A program made the translations under genes and the position numbers. Shown here piece by piece: positions 46,100 through 59,900 of a stretch of 64,000 nt of DNA (position 1 is its first letter; each line of letters begins with the position of its first letter). Source of the DNA: the human T2T-CHM13v2.0 reference genome, Homo sapiens; the NCBI RefSeq assembly GCF_009914755.1, contig NC_060935.1, one strand, 5' to 3'. The notes beneath the pieces are model-generated. The model ran no database searches. It saw only the letters and a program-made list of their open reading frames with translations, and had not been told where the DNA came from.

Positions 46100-48264
46100 A
46101 GGAACTTGGCAGGGTCTGCAGCTTAGGGGTCCACAGTCTAAGAGAGGCAGGACTCCTGGTAGGAGGTAGGAAAGGTGGCTGGAGGAATGGGCTGAGAAAA
46201 AGCTTTGGAATGTTCCCTCAGATCCTGGCTGGAGAGTGGAAACGGCAGGTCTCTTGTTCCAAGACACTGAGCGAATTAAATAACAATCATAAAGTGCCCT
46301 GTAAATCTGACTCTTGCCATAAATAATAAACAGGGATATTATACAAATAACGGGCTTTGCAGCCCCAGTGGAAGAAAACACATCAGTAAGAAAAATGAAT
46401 TTAGAAAAAATGCACCCCAAAGCCCCAACTAACAAAATGACGGTATTAGCCAACATCCCGGGGGCTCGGCAGGCAGTGGAGGAATGGGCTCAGGAAAATG
46501 ACTGTGGCCCTTAGCGCGAGCCAGACTGTACGGCTGCAACAGAGTGAGAAGTGCTGCCGGTAGCAGGGAGGCCTGCTCATCCCTGGGTCAGGTCCCCAGG
46601 CCAAGGACCCTGGCCTGCTGCTTCCCCTCTGCCCTGAGAAAAGCACAGCTCATCCCACAGGCCTGCCCGACTCTTTCCCTGCCACCCAGCATATAGCTGA
46701 TATGGCCTGAGTTCACCCTTAATGACAGATGGGAGAAAGAAACACGGATCCACCTTCAGAGGCTGCCAAGGAAAGCCAGTCTATTGACTTTTTTGTACTG
46801 GTTCCTTTGGTGACCAAGACATTTAAAATTATGGGATGGGCTGTGAGAACAGGGTGTGGGCTGGGTGTTGAGATCCAAGATAGATTTTTGAATCATCACA
46901 TTTTAGAGACATACAGGTCATCTTATGAAACATGATTCCATTTTGCACATGAGAAGGTTGAGATCTTAGTGTCTAGGGACTTGCCCAAGCTCACACAGCC
47001 GGCTCCTCACTCTTAAGTGCTCCTCCCACTACACATCCCAGCTGTGGGGCACCTCTCTTTCTATACGAGGAAACAGTAGAAGCTTTAGACTCATTTTTTT
47101 ATTAGTGTACGAGGGTGCATAAAGAACAGGCTCTCACGCCATCATAAAGAACTTTAGAGCTGTCGAAGAAATGAGATTCTCAACCTCCCAGGGCTCTGAC
47201 TCCCCTGTAAGGCTGGGAAGTGAGGACAGGTGCTGTGGGGGAGGGGCATTTGCACACAGAGCCTGGACTGGGACCACAGTGCTGTTCGGGAGCTGTGGGC
47301 CATGCAAGAGGCTGCTAGTTATTTATGGAACCAGCTTTCCCCTTCCTGGGTGCTCCAGCTCTTCCCACACAGGGTAGAGGTCTCCAGTCAGCAAAAGCTG
47401 CCTTTGCTAATCACTCACAAGTATTTCGTCCTGAAAGATGAAAGGGACAGCACCCAGAGGCATTTCTGCTCTCCCTTGGTCTCTTGAAGCAGACATCATT
47501 GCAATGCTGAAAGTCCACGGAAACCGACACCCACCCTGATGGGCAGCCCAAGAAGGCACCAGTGTGAGGGAGGAGTACCCTCCCGTGCAGGCCCCCCTCT
47601 GCCCCAAGGGGATGGCTGAAGGGGAGGTCAAAACTTCGGTGCCTCTGCTTCTTCCCTCCTTTAAATATCCTCTTCCTCATTTCCCCTTCTCAAGAGTCCT
47701 GTGGCCTGCCAGCTTTTCTGGTCCCCCAGGAATGGTCTTCTCTGGTCTGTGTCCCTCACTCCAGGTCTCCCCTGATTTTCTGCAAATCAACTCAAGTTTT
47801 CCCTGTGTTCTGCCCTTTCTTCTCCCTGCCTTGCCACTTCCTCTCTTTCCAGCCACCCTGAAAAATGAAACCAAGCTGAAGTGTTAGAGGCTTTCCCTCT
47901 GCTCATGGTCTCAGCCTCCTCTTCCAGAAGTCTAAGAGCCCTGGGTGTCTGGAGCCCTGGGCTGTGGTCCTGGCTCTTCCAGCCACTTCATATGGGCCCC
48001 GGGCAAGTTGCTGCATGCTCTTGGGCCATGCTGTGTTATTGGGTTGCACTGTAATCTCTAGAGTTGTTGACAGGTCTAACATAGAGGAGGCCTGAGCTCT
48101 CTGAGGCAGGCACAGCCCCTCCCCTGATACATGTGACAGCCTTCTACTCTGCCTGGGAATAGGATCAGGTCTGGGGAAGCCATGTGCTTTGAGAAGGTGA
48201 GTGGTCTGGATCTCCAGGAGAGAGAGGTCATAAAGGGGGAGGGCCAGGAAGGGGAGGTGAAGGT

Positions 48265-48408
48265 TGTGTGCGTGTGTGCACACATGTGGGTGTATGTGTG
48301 CATGTGTATACATGTGTGCAGGTGTGTGCATGCATGTGTGCATGTATACATATGCATGCAGGTGTGTGCATTGTGTGTGTATGTGTGTGTGCATGCTCAT
48401 GTGTGTGT
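48265..48408 (+). repeat. Degenerate (TG/CA/TA)n alternating purine-pyrimidine tract
   Basis: tgtgtgcgtgtgtgcacacatgtggg...catgcatg... Confidence 0.85.
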
Positions 48409-49131
48409 TGGAGATGTGGCTGAGGAACCAGTGAGAGTAAACTGGATCTACTTAAAGATGTCCTGAGAGCATGGGCTGGCAGTAGGTGGGGTGAGGAAGG
48501 AGAGCTGGTACAGAAAGAAGGGAAACTACCCCTGGGGAAGGCCTCCTCACCCAGCCCTGCTTCCACGACTTGCCTGGATCCTACTCCCAGGAAGGGGCTG
48601 TAGCACTGGAACTGGAAGAAAGCCTGAGAGTGAGCACCAAGGTAGACTCTAGGAATCACCCAAAACAGGGAGACCATTTTGTGGACTGTTCCACATCTGT
48701 GTGCTCTATCTGAGGCGCTCCTTTTCAATACCTACCTGACACCTGTGGGGACTTTGTACATTCCTCCATTGTCACTCAGGGCCCTAGTTAATTACCTAAA
48801 TGAAAGTTGAGCGACTACTCCCTATGTGCAAGACACTGGGCGAAGGCCCAGGGAGAGGAGAGGAAGGAACAGGAGTCTTTGCCCTCCTCCAGCTGATTCT
48901 CTACATGGGACTGACAGCACATGAGGAAGCAGACCAATAAATAATCACACATCATGATAGGTGCCACTCGATACACACACCAGCTGCTGTGATGAGCACA
49001 GGGTGCAGGGAGAGGGGTGTCTGTGTAATTTAGGTAGATGGAAGGCAGGATCTCTTTGTGGAGGTGACACATACACTGAGATGTATTTTTACTGTGAGCT
49101 CCTTGAGGGCAGAAAATGTGTCTTACTCTAC

Positions 49132-49466
<335 letters not shown>

Positions 49467-50929
49467 TAGAACAATTCTGGCACTTGTAAGAAATTGGTAT
49501 TATTTTTATGGTATTCAATGACTGTTTGATGAATAACTGAATGATCACTCATCAGCAGTTCCTATATAAAGCACATGTGCTTAATCACATGAAGACAATG
49601 ATCTCAAACAAATGTGATATTGTTATGGCTAGTCTGTCTTTACTTCCTCCTTTCTTGCCTGCCCTTTGTTGATTTCTGTTTGTATCTCCTTTTGATGGCT
49701 CAATTGTGTTGGGTCCACACAGTAGAGGACACACACGCACACACACACATACACTCTCCATATATTACCAACCACCTCCATTCCTGCAAAGACTGCAGAT
49801 TCTATCCACGAAGCTATTAAGCACTCCCAAATAGAGCAAACCTCTCATTGACTATCACGTGCCTCCTTAAATGATCTTTGAATAGCATTTTCTTTTTATT
49901 GCTTTGTGTAGTTTAACGGCACCAATTGCAATTACTCTAACTTATGATAAACCCCAGATCTATAAAGCTCCTGTTCATTCATTATTTTCCTCTTGCTCCT
50001 TCTCAAGCTGTTATTTTTTGGAATGTAGTGAGGAGGGAGGAGTGGAGAGAGAAGAAAATAAAAGGACACCAAATTAACAGGAAAACAAATAAAATAGGGA
50101 AGCACTTCTCCCTGGGTGACAGGCACCTTATTAGATACTGTTAAACAGAACAAATATGCTTTAATACAGCACAAGTAGGTCTTTTATATTTATTCTAAAT
50201 GGGAAATACAATGATCACCAACTTATCTTTAAGGGAAGAAGAAGCTAATTGTTCTAATATCTCACTAATCCTAGCAACTGGGAGAAAAATAATTGTTTTT
50301 CCCTATTTTACCAATTGTTCAATTTATACCAAGGTGTGTTGTGTAGCATGGACAGAGATTTCTATTTCTTGATGTATGTCATGGCTGCTATTCCATTTTA
50401 ATTATTAATATGTGGAAATTATAATTATTTTGAGTATTGGTATGAGATAATTATAAATATAAAACAGCTCCGCATGCTTTCTGATGCCTTTCTTATCTGC
50501 AGACATGTTGGAGTTTGGGCGTATGAGCTTTAGAGAGAGAGAAATGTATAATGTGGTACTTAGGGCAGCAAGGCTGGCTGGAGTGGAAGAAGAGGAGCCT
50601 CCTCCCTCCAGAGCCCTCCCTCTCCTTCACCTCTGCCTTCCAGCTCTCCAGAGCCAAAGCTGACCCACCTGTGTCTCTCCTCTGCCCCACTGCCTCACCC
50701 TCCTCTTACCCTGTCTCTGAGTTGTTAGTTGAGATTTCTAACTCATCACACATGTTGGCTCAGCTTGCATCCCATCCCCTCATCTCCTCAGCCACCCAGA
50801 AGCTGAGGTCAGATATCTGGAGCTATGGGTTTCAATTCCAGCCCAGCTCCTGACTTTTTGGCTTCCCCAATCCCTACAAACCTCTTTCGAGCTTCTCTAA
50901 TGAGCATCGCCAGCAAGAGAACATGTCTA

Positions 50930-50950
50930 TTCAGCACCACGGACAGAGGC
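50930..50950 (+). promoter_or_regulatory. RE1/NRSE (REST binding site)
   Basis: TTCAGCACCACGGACAGAGGC versus consensus TTCAGCACCACGGACAGCGCC: the first 17 nt are identical, with the canonical 2-nt spacer. Confidence 0.88.
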
Positions 50951-52285
50951 ACGCTGTCAGTTCCCACAAATTAGAAGTTACTGCCTAGCAGTCTTGTCAA
51001 GGCAGTGGTGTTGGGGAGGGAAGGGGAGGCTGAGAAAGAGAAAAGTCAGTAAAGGCAACTGACTAGCAGGACACAGAAAATGCGGCCCCCAACTCTGGTT
51101 GTACTCAGCCATGGGGTTCCTACAAATGGGAAGTAGCTTTTTGATGCTGTTGGCTTCAGGCAGGCAGCAAATGGGGGAGGTGATCACTTCCTGTGCTTAA
51201 TTGTGCTGGCCTAACTCTTGTCAGATTGTCACCATGATGGGTGCTGGAAACAGGTCCACAGCTGGCAAAGTCTCAGGCATGGGGAGCGCATGGGGATGTG
51301 GTTGTCGTGGTCGGGGTTGGGAGGAGAGACAGCTGAGGAGCTTGGAAAGAGGGCACTGAGACCATGCTATGGGGATAGAGATGGTAGAAAGAAGCTGCCT
51401 CCTTCTTGCTGGAATGGGAATGAGGAGACATGGGCCCTGGGCCCTGGAAGGGGAGGGGTCCAGCTCATGGCAAGCATGGCTGGTGGGAGCCAAGGCTTCA
51501 TTTGTCTGACTTTAATGAATAAATGGCATCCCCAGCCATTGTTTATCTACTTTTGAATCCTGACAAATAGTCTGTGGCATCTGATGGAGAGGGTTATTAG
51601 CTGCATGGAGACAGATGGCTAGGGATGGAGAGGATTGGTTCTTTATTACAGCAGACCCGTAAGTGACAGCACTCCTCCTCCCAGCCTCTATGCCAATGTC
51701 AACACGTTTCTCAAGCCTTCAGTGACCCAATGAAGCCAGTGCAAGAGGAAGACAGAATGGCCTCTGAGTAAGAGGGAGGGGTAGGGTCAGTGGAGTTGGG
51801 AAAGGGGGCAGGTTTCCTAGGGTAAGTTCTTTGGGAATAAAGACATTGCCATATTCTTCTTTGGTATTCTCCTAAGTGCCTGTATAGTGCTGTTTATTCA
51901 ACAGGCATTCAAGAAACATGAGTGATGGAGGAGGCAGGTAGAGAGGTCTGGATTAGAAATGAAAATAGGAGCAGATTTAATTGGGCTGGCTGTGGGGTGG
52001 GGTGCGGAAGAAATGGTAGGGAAGAGAGAGGAAGAGAAGTAGGAGACACAAAGGGAGAAGGGAAGATTGCATAAAGAAAATGCTCCTGAATCAGCATCCT
52101 GTGTTTCAGGCATTCACTATGCTTCCCCATGTGATTGTACAAATGGCTTCATGGAAACCAAACTGGTCTTCCCACTGTCCCCTTCTGAGAGGTCCCAGGT
52201 TCTTATTCCTGGTTCCTCTGTCCTGTGGCTGTAGGGGAGAGCTTCCTCCCTCCAGATTACTCCCGAGACAATGGGGAGGTTCTCA

Positions 52286-52411
<126 letters not shown>

Positions 52412-55400
52412 TCAGGCATTGTTGGGGGGCCCTCTGCAGGGGGCTGTGGAGCTTGTTGCTCTTATAAACAGAGGTGCTTTTGTTTAGCCAACATTTATAT
52501 GGAAATTGTTATGTTCCAGGCATAAGTTTAAGCCAGCAATTCTTCATTTTGATTCTCATAACAACCCTGTGAAGGATGTTTCCCCATTTTCTATCATCCC
52601 CATTTATAGATATATGAAGTTAGTGGCACTGGATGAAAGAGCTAGCAGGTGGTAAAGCCAGAGCTTTGAACCTAGGCAGTCTGGCTCTGAGTCCATGCTC
52701 ATAAACATAACTCTGGGTTATTGAGGCCCTTTGTATCTCAGGCTTGGGGACTATGCTCAGATCAACTTGGGACTGTGGCCAGACCTGCCAGGGATGATGC
52801 AGAATCTATCCAGTCGTGTCTAGGATGGAACAGTGCAACCAGACATGGTGGGTGACTCAGGAGGATGAAGTGATTGCGTGAGTTTAGGGCAGCGGGGCGA
52901 CACAGAGGTTAAGGTATAGGCAGAAGAGCTCTCTCTACCTTTTGGAGAGGGTGCGTTTCTGGTGCTAGAGATTCCTGTGCCTTCCTATATCAAGGCCCAA
53001 TTTAGCACCATCATCAAGCACTTATGAAATGTAGACTTAGAGCACAGGGGTCGAGATAGCTGAGAGACACGGACTCCACAGGGCTTTGACCCAGTTGGAA
53101 AAACAAGATGGAATAACAATTCCAGGTAGCAAATGCAAGAGATAACTTTTTTATTTGCACAGTATTTTGTAAATCAGTGTCCATTGTGTGTGTGAGCATT
53201 AAATTGGAGTCCATCTGCCTCACAAGAAGGCAAGCTTTCCTCTCTGGTATTTGTGCTTTATCCTGATTCATCTTAATCACTTTATGGATCCTGAAGCAAT
53301 AGCACACTAATTTTTTTGACCCCCCTCTACCCCCAAACAACTCACTGAGGTGGGCATATGGGCCACTGCAACTGACATTATGCAGATGGGAAAATTGAGG
53401 TTCAACCATGTTAAATGACTTCCCACGATTGTCTTAGACCCCCACCCCACCTTGTAGCATAGAAGTCTTACAAATGTGTCAGCTGCCACAAACTTGGTAA
53501 ATAGATAAGGAATTTGATTTCTGGAAGAGGGAATATGACTGCAGCTCTTCCTGGCCCTTGCCAGGGTTTCTGGGCTCCTCCCTGCTCCTTCCTTTGATTT
53601 CTCAGAGAAAGAGGGTCCCAATGAGTGATGCATCACAGCACCTTCTCCCACGACACCGACTGCCTCCCTGAACCCAGCCAGTCAGTGTCTAGGCTCAAGA
53701 GGATAGACGGAGCGGGTCATTCCTCTTTCTCCTCTTCCATCCACCGTCTGCAGCCCAGGTCCACCCACCAAGCATAGCAGGATGAAAGAGAGTGCAGGGC
53801 CCATGAGACACAGATAAGTCAAGCTCAGGGGCTCTTGCCCTAGAGAAAAACAAAACATGGCAGGAGGTGGCAGAACGCCACGGCCCAGGGAGGTCCCTGG
53901 CTTTGATCTCCTGATTCTTTAAAGGGGTTTATTGACTATCAGTAAAGAGCAGAGAAGCAGATCTGAGGGCACTGTTTCCAAAGGCACTCACTTCTCTTCC
54001 TTCCCCTCCACACTGGCGTCTGAAGGCTTAGCCAAACCGCCCTCACTTCAAACGGTCTTACATCTCAGGCACCCAAATTGACGATGTTAAGTTCCCTCAT
54101 TCAAGGCCTTGGCCCTTTCTTCAGGGGCTCCTGCTCTGTCGCAGGCCTCATGGATCAAAGCCCCTTTGATGTTTACTTACTGTATTTGTGGATTCTTTCT
54201 AACAACCACCTTCAAGAGGCAGGAATGCAGCCTTCCAGGAGGGGGCCAGTGGAAGTACAAGCTGCGAGGAGGTGCTGAGCTCCCTGGAACAATAGCCTCT
54301 CGAGGGAGACTGTATTGAAACCTCAACACGCTGACGACAGGCAGAGTTAACCAGCCCATTGTAATTGCACACGCATTGTTCATCATTAGAATGATACAAT
54401 TGCTGACAATTCCTATTATATTTTTGCCATTGACTTCGTATACCCATCTAAAGCACATCAGCAATGGCTCCTAATGAGAAAGGGAGTTTGGGCTCCTGGA
54501 CTAAGCCCAAACTCAATCCAGGAGCTTGGGAGGGAGGCAGGGGAGCACTGAGTAGGGAGGGCAGAAGATACTGGATGGATTTAGGCCAATGTTCCAGCTG
54601 GTCTTCTGGACTGTGACTGAACGCTCAGGCAAATGGAAGGGCAAACAATTCTCTTACAGATTTAGAGAGTGTGAGCAATCTGTTGACTCTGGATTGTCTT
54701 AGTTGGATAGAGAACTCAACCTCTCCTATGCCACATACTAGGACACCCCCCAGGGCAACTGCTTGAGGAGAGGCTGTGTGGACAAGTGGTTATGATATAA
54801 TAACTAAGAGTCTCACTGATTATGCTTGATTTTTGCAAATGAGCAGGAAAAGAAGTTTTAAAAAACCTGATTAATAAAAGAAATTGAGAATGAGGCAATT
54901 TCTCAATGTATTTGGCTCATTTAATTTGACACGCGTGGGTTAGTCTTAATTATTTAGGCGGCTACGTTACAAGGCGCTAATAAGCACACTGCAGAAATTT
55001 ATTAAGTGCGAGGGCTCTCTGACTGAGACTTTGTAGAGAAGTGGGGAGAAGCTACTGGGATCTTTGCAAGAACGAGCAGGTTGGAGGATGAGTGAAGTGA
55101 GAATTAGTTAATTGTCCATATATGAAAATTTGGGATGTCCTTTGGAGAGATTTGCAAAGCTAAATTAAAGGTCATTGGGTTCACATGAGTGTGCCAGCAG
55201 GGAGTGAAGTGGGGGAAGGGAGGGGATGCTGGAAACCCAAGTGGGGAGGTGAATATTGTCCAAGCTACTAACCACAGAGAGAACCAGGGGGAAGCAGGAG
55301 GCAATTGCTTTGGCTTGGGGAGACTCTACCAAGCCAAACTAACTAGGTTATTAGGAGAGAGATGATAGAATATGACAGAAAGAACAGGAATCTCTCTCTT

Positions 55401-56544
55401 TGTGAGGTAGACCAGCCACCACCAGACTGTCACCTTCCTTGTCCCATAGCATGGAGATGAATGGGAGAGTCAGATCACAGATGCACATTTTGGAACAGTA
55501 AGATGATGGGATCTTCTCCAAGTAGGCTTTGGGGGTGCTGTCTTTGGCTTTATCAGTAGCAGAAACACCCAGATACTCTAAAGCTGGCTATGGAAAAATA
55601 ATTACCATGAAAGGAGTCAGTCCTGGCTTAAAAGGAAAGTTCATAGCAAGGAAGTCCAGGGTCACCTGCAGATGGGGCAGTGGAGGGCACTGTCCCAGGA
55701 ACAAGGAAGGTTTAGGAATACCGCCTGTGCAAGGAAAAATGGATTGGAGTAGGGTATGTTTCTTAGGGAGAAGATAAGTTTGCACCCTTCGGAACTCCTG
55801 GCCTCTGGACTCTGAGCAACTGAAGTGTCAGGACTGTGCCTTCTCCTGCTCTGAGCCCGTAGGACCAAGCACAGTGCCTGACACATGGTAAGTGCTCAGG
55901 AACAGTCTGCTGACTTAATGAAAGGGCTGGCTACAAAATATGGGACTGTGAAGGGTTCCTTCTGACTCGGGTCAGAATGAAAATAAGTGGGCTTCACTGT
56001 AGCACAATGGGTTTAGGTTAGCAGAGGTTGGTTGTAGAGTGAATGAAACTTGTAGCTCATTGGAAGAGAAGCCTAGATAACATAGTGGGATTTCCTCCTG
56101 GGAGAAATAAAAGGGGATGGCTTTTTAAATGGGATGGGTTTTCTTCCATTTCAGAGGGTGCAGATGGGATGTTTTCTAGCCTTAGAATTCCTTCATTCTT
56201 ACTAGTAATGTAGTGATACGGTGGTATTATTTCATATTTGTGGGATACTTATTTTTTAATGACGCTGTCATATTCCCTTTCTCTTTAGATGCTCACAGTA
56301 AGTAGCTCTGTGACACAGGCAAGTCAGAAATTATCTATTTCATTTTGGTTTCACAAACTGAGGCTCAGAAGTAAAGTGACAATTTAAGGCCAACACACTA
56401 GCTGGTGATAGTGCCCATGCTGGAACCCATGGCTGATTTTTGGCTTGGTTCTTAGGGTAAAGTACGGGGTCGCAGAGCTGCAGATGCTGCAAATCAAGAC
56501 AGACCAGAGACTAGAGCACAGATCAGCGGTGTGGGCTGGGACAG

Positions 56545-56961
56545 TGCTATAGGTCGAATTCCTCACCAATTCTGTGTTCCCCTCCTGCACCAAATTCGTA
56601 CATTGAAGTCCTAATCCCAGTCCCTCAGAGTGTGACCTTGTTTGGAGATAGGAAATTTGTAGAGGTGATCATGTTATAATGAGGTCATTAGGACGGACCT
56701 TTATCCTGTGACTGGTGTCCTTATGAAGAGGAAAATCTAGTGATAGACACATATACAGGGAGACGCTGTAAAAACTTGAAGACAGCCATCTGCAATCCAA
56801 AGAGGGTGCCTGGGACAGATCCTTCCCTCCCAGCCCTCAGAAGGAACCAACTCTACTGACTTTGGACCTCCAGTCTCCAGAACTGTGGGACAATACATTT
56901 CTGTTGTTTAAGCCCCACAGCTGGTGGTACTTTGTAACAGCAGCCCTAGCAAATGAATATA
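56545..56961 (+). mobile_element. MLT1B-like MaLR solo LTR with 5-bp TSD GACAG
   Basis: Contains tgtgaccttgtttggagatagg and ggacctccagtctccagaactgtgggacaatacatttctgttgtttaagcc...gcagccctagcaaa. GACAG lies at 56540-56544 and 56962-56966. Confidence 0.85.
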
Positions 56962-59900
56962 GACAGGACAGGGAGGAGTGGGTCTTCTCTGAGGCCTGGC
57001 AATTTCCACTGGCCATGGTTCTCTGGAACCCAGCCCCCAGAGCACAAAGCTGCCTGCAGGGAGCAGCATCACACTCTGCTAAGGAGACCCCAGGGTGGCT
57101 AAGATCTGTTGGGAGTGGCGGCCACAAGTGACAGGAAAGAGGGAAGGTGGGGAGAGAAGGCTGGTTACGTGTCTGCATGCCTGGCACCCAGCGGCAAGCT
57201 GGGATGCCATTAGCATTCCTGCTTCCAGGGTGAGGACCGTATTGGCCAGGACAGCACTTGCTGGTTGCCTGGTTGCCCTGTTCAGACATTAATGTGCCCT
57301 CAAGTAACTGCAGATGGAGCCGGTGACAACGGATAGGCACCAGCCTCTGCTACCTCACCATTTCTGAGGCCATCAAGTGCATCTGGATGGCTGCTTGTAG
57401 AAGGCCTTCCTGTCCTGTCCCCAAGTTGCCCAGTCACAACAGTTCAGGTGTGCTTGCTGAAGACTAACCCCTTCCCACCTGAAGCTAGTAGACTCGAGCA
57501 CGTCTCTGGAAGCCTATCAAACAAGAAACAGAAATTAATGGCAGGCAGTTTGGTGTGGCTGTAGCAGAAGAAAAAAGATGAGACAGGAGATCTAGCCAGG
57601 GACCAGATCCTGGAGTAGCCAATGAGCCTCACCCAGGAGTCTGGGCTCTCTCTTAAAGGAGGTGGGAGCCACGCAGAATGCTAGGCAGGGGAAAGACAGG
57701 TGAGACTTGCATTTCATAAAGGATCCCTTCAGCACTGGTGCAGATGATGGATGGGAGATGAGCTCAGAGAAGGGAGGCTGGCTGGGAGACCGCTGCCATA
57801 CTCCAGGTGGGAGATGGTGGGCTTGCATCTGCTGCTTCTTCCTGCTCTCTGAAGATGGCCAGAGATCAGAAAGCAAGGGAAGGACCCTCAGTTTTATCCT
57901 GACATTCATCCCTGCCACGTTGACATAGAGAGCAGGGGAGGGGCTGAAAAAATAGCTCCCATTCCCCAGACAGTGCCTGAGATCATCTGGAGGAGACACC
58001 AGCTGGGTTTGGTTGGACTCACAGGGAGGCCACATGGGGCAGGGGAGGTTTCAGAACTAACAGAGCTGGCTGGAGCCATGCTCCAGCACTTACCAGTGAG
58101 CAACTCTTAGGCTTCTCTGAGCTTTGGTTTCCTCATTTATAAAACGTTGATTCTAACGGTAAGACCCTCCTCACATGATTCATATGAAAAGCAAATGAGC
58201 CAACACATGGGCAAAAGTGCCCAGAATGAAGTACCTAATAAGGGTGAGTTCAATAAATAGAAACAAAATACCAAATTCTACCCCCCTCGTTTTTTTCTTT
58301 TTCAGATATGAAAGTGGAGATGCAGAGAGGTGGAGTGAGCTCTCCAGGGTGATATAATGAGCTATTAGGTTGCATACTTCCCAGGTTAGCACGTAGCCAA
58401 CAGTGACATGGACTGGAAATGTGAGGCCAGTCAGGAAGACCAGCCAGGTGGCTGTCATGGGAGAGGCCAAGGAACCAGAGAGCTTGGGAATGGAGAGGAA
58501 ATGATGAATCAGAGACATTCCAAGAAGAGACAGTGGTGCTAAGTGACAGAGTGGGTCAAGCAGAGGAAGAGGGCAAGGACGACCCCAGTGTCTTTTGTGG
58601 GATATAATGGACAAAGAGACATGTCTGTATCAGAGTAGGGTGATGACAAAGGAAGCCTATTAAGTCACAGGTGATAATGGTACATTTCTGGACTTACTGT
58701 GTTCGAGGTGACAAGGTTCTAAAGTGAAGAGGACTTGGATGATCATGTGAGAAGGAGTTCTAGGCTGAAGAAATATTTTTAACCAGTTGCGTTGACCTCA
58801 GAGGGTAAACATTTTGTTGGGGGAAACAGCAGTTGGATCCTGTGGGTAGACTCTGCTACAAGCATTAATCCTACCCCTCTGGAACCAGGACACATTAATA
58901 AATGTGACTGGTGTAAAGTCCAAGGCACAGACACTCGCAAAGAGGCCACTAAGTGCTGGGCACTATGTGCAAGAGAAAAAAATAGTAGGCAAACTTCCTA
59001 GCCCAAAGATACTATAATCCAGTTGGCTATACAAGACATATACTTAAGAAAAGGTAACTAAAAGTCAGAGACAGGTAATAGTTCGGTAAAGAAAGTCTTG
59101 AGGCAGCACGCAAGTTATTTCTGCATGAATGGCAATTCTTACTGCAGGAGTCCCCAGGAGGAAAAGACAGCTTCAGGCTGTGGGATGGTGAGGGAGGTCC
59201 TTGCAAAAGGCCTTGAAAGCTGGAGATTGTCCCTAGTTTTGTCTTAGTTTTGGATGTCTACCAATGGCCCTCTCATTGGTTTTTGTCTATCAATAGCCAT
59301 CAGTAGCCATTCTGCCCGGCGATGCCATTCTGATTGCAGAATGATGGGGTCTTCTGTTTGGAAAGTTTTCACTTTGATTCTGCTAAACTGCTTTCTGCAT
59401 CGGTTCTGCCTACTCCTATTTTCAGCATAATTACTCATATCCCAGGCAATAATAATGCCCATACATCATGCAAAGATCATAATTTTCTGATCAACCTCTA
59501 TCATAAAGAGGACTGAAGAGTGGAGTAGCAAAGGTATATTAATCCTGACTAGTGCCTGGCCCTGGACCTCCAGGACGAGTGATAAATGTTTAATTAGCCC
59601 AATAATACCTGTTTTATAATTTTTGGATCTCATTGCTTGCTAATTCTAAGTTTACTAAATAACTATAAACTTTACGTTGTTGTAAAGACATAATTGCTTC
59701 TTCATTGCTTATTTCATATGAGTTAATTATACTAGAACTAAGTTTTTCCCCATTCATATTATCAATTAGTTGTTTTAAACTATTGATTTGTATTTAATTA
59801 ACTATGCTATTACATACCAATTAAATTCATATAAGAGGAATCTGAAACAGCTGTGGTCTTAAATTACGTTTTTGAAATAATGAGTTCTATAACATTTCAT

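Noticed and set aside
47903-48728. His/Thr-rich ORFs
   Set aside because: Translations of the (CA/TG)n tract.
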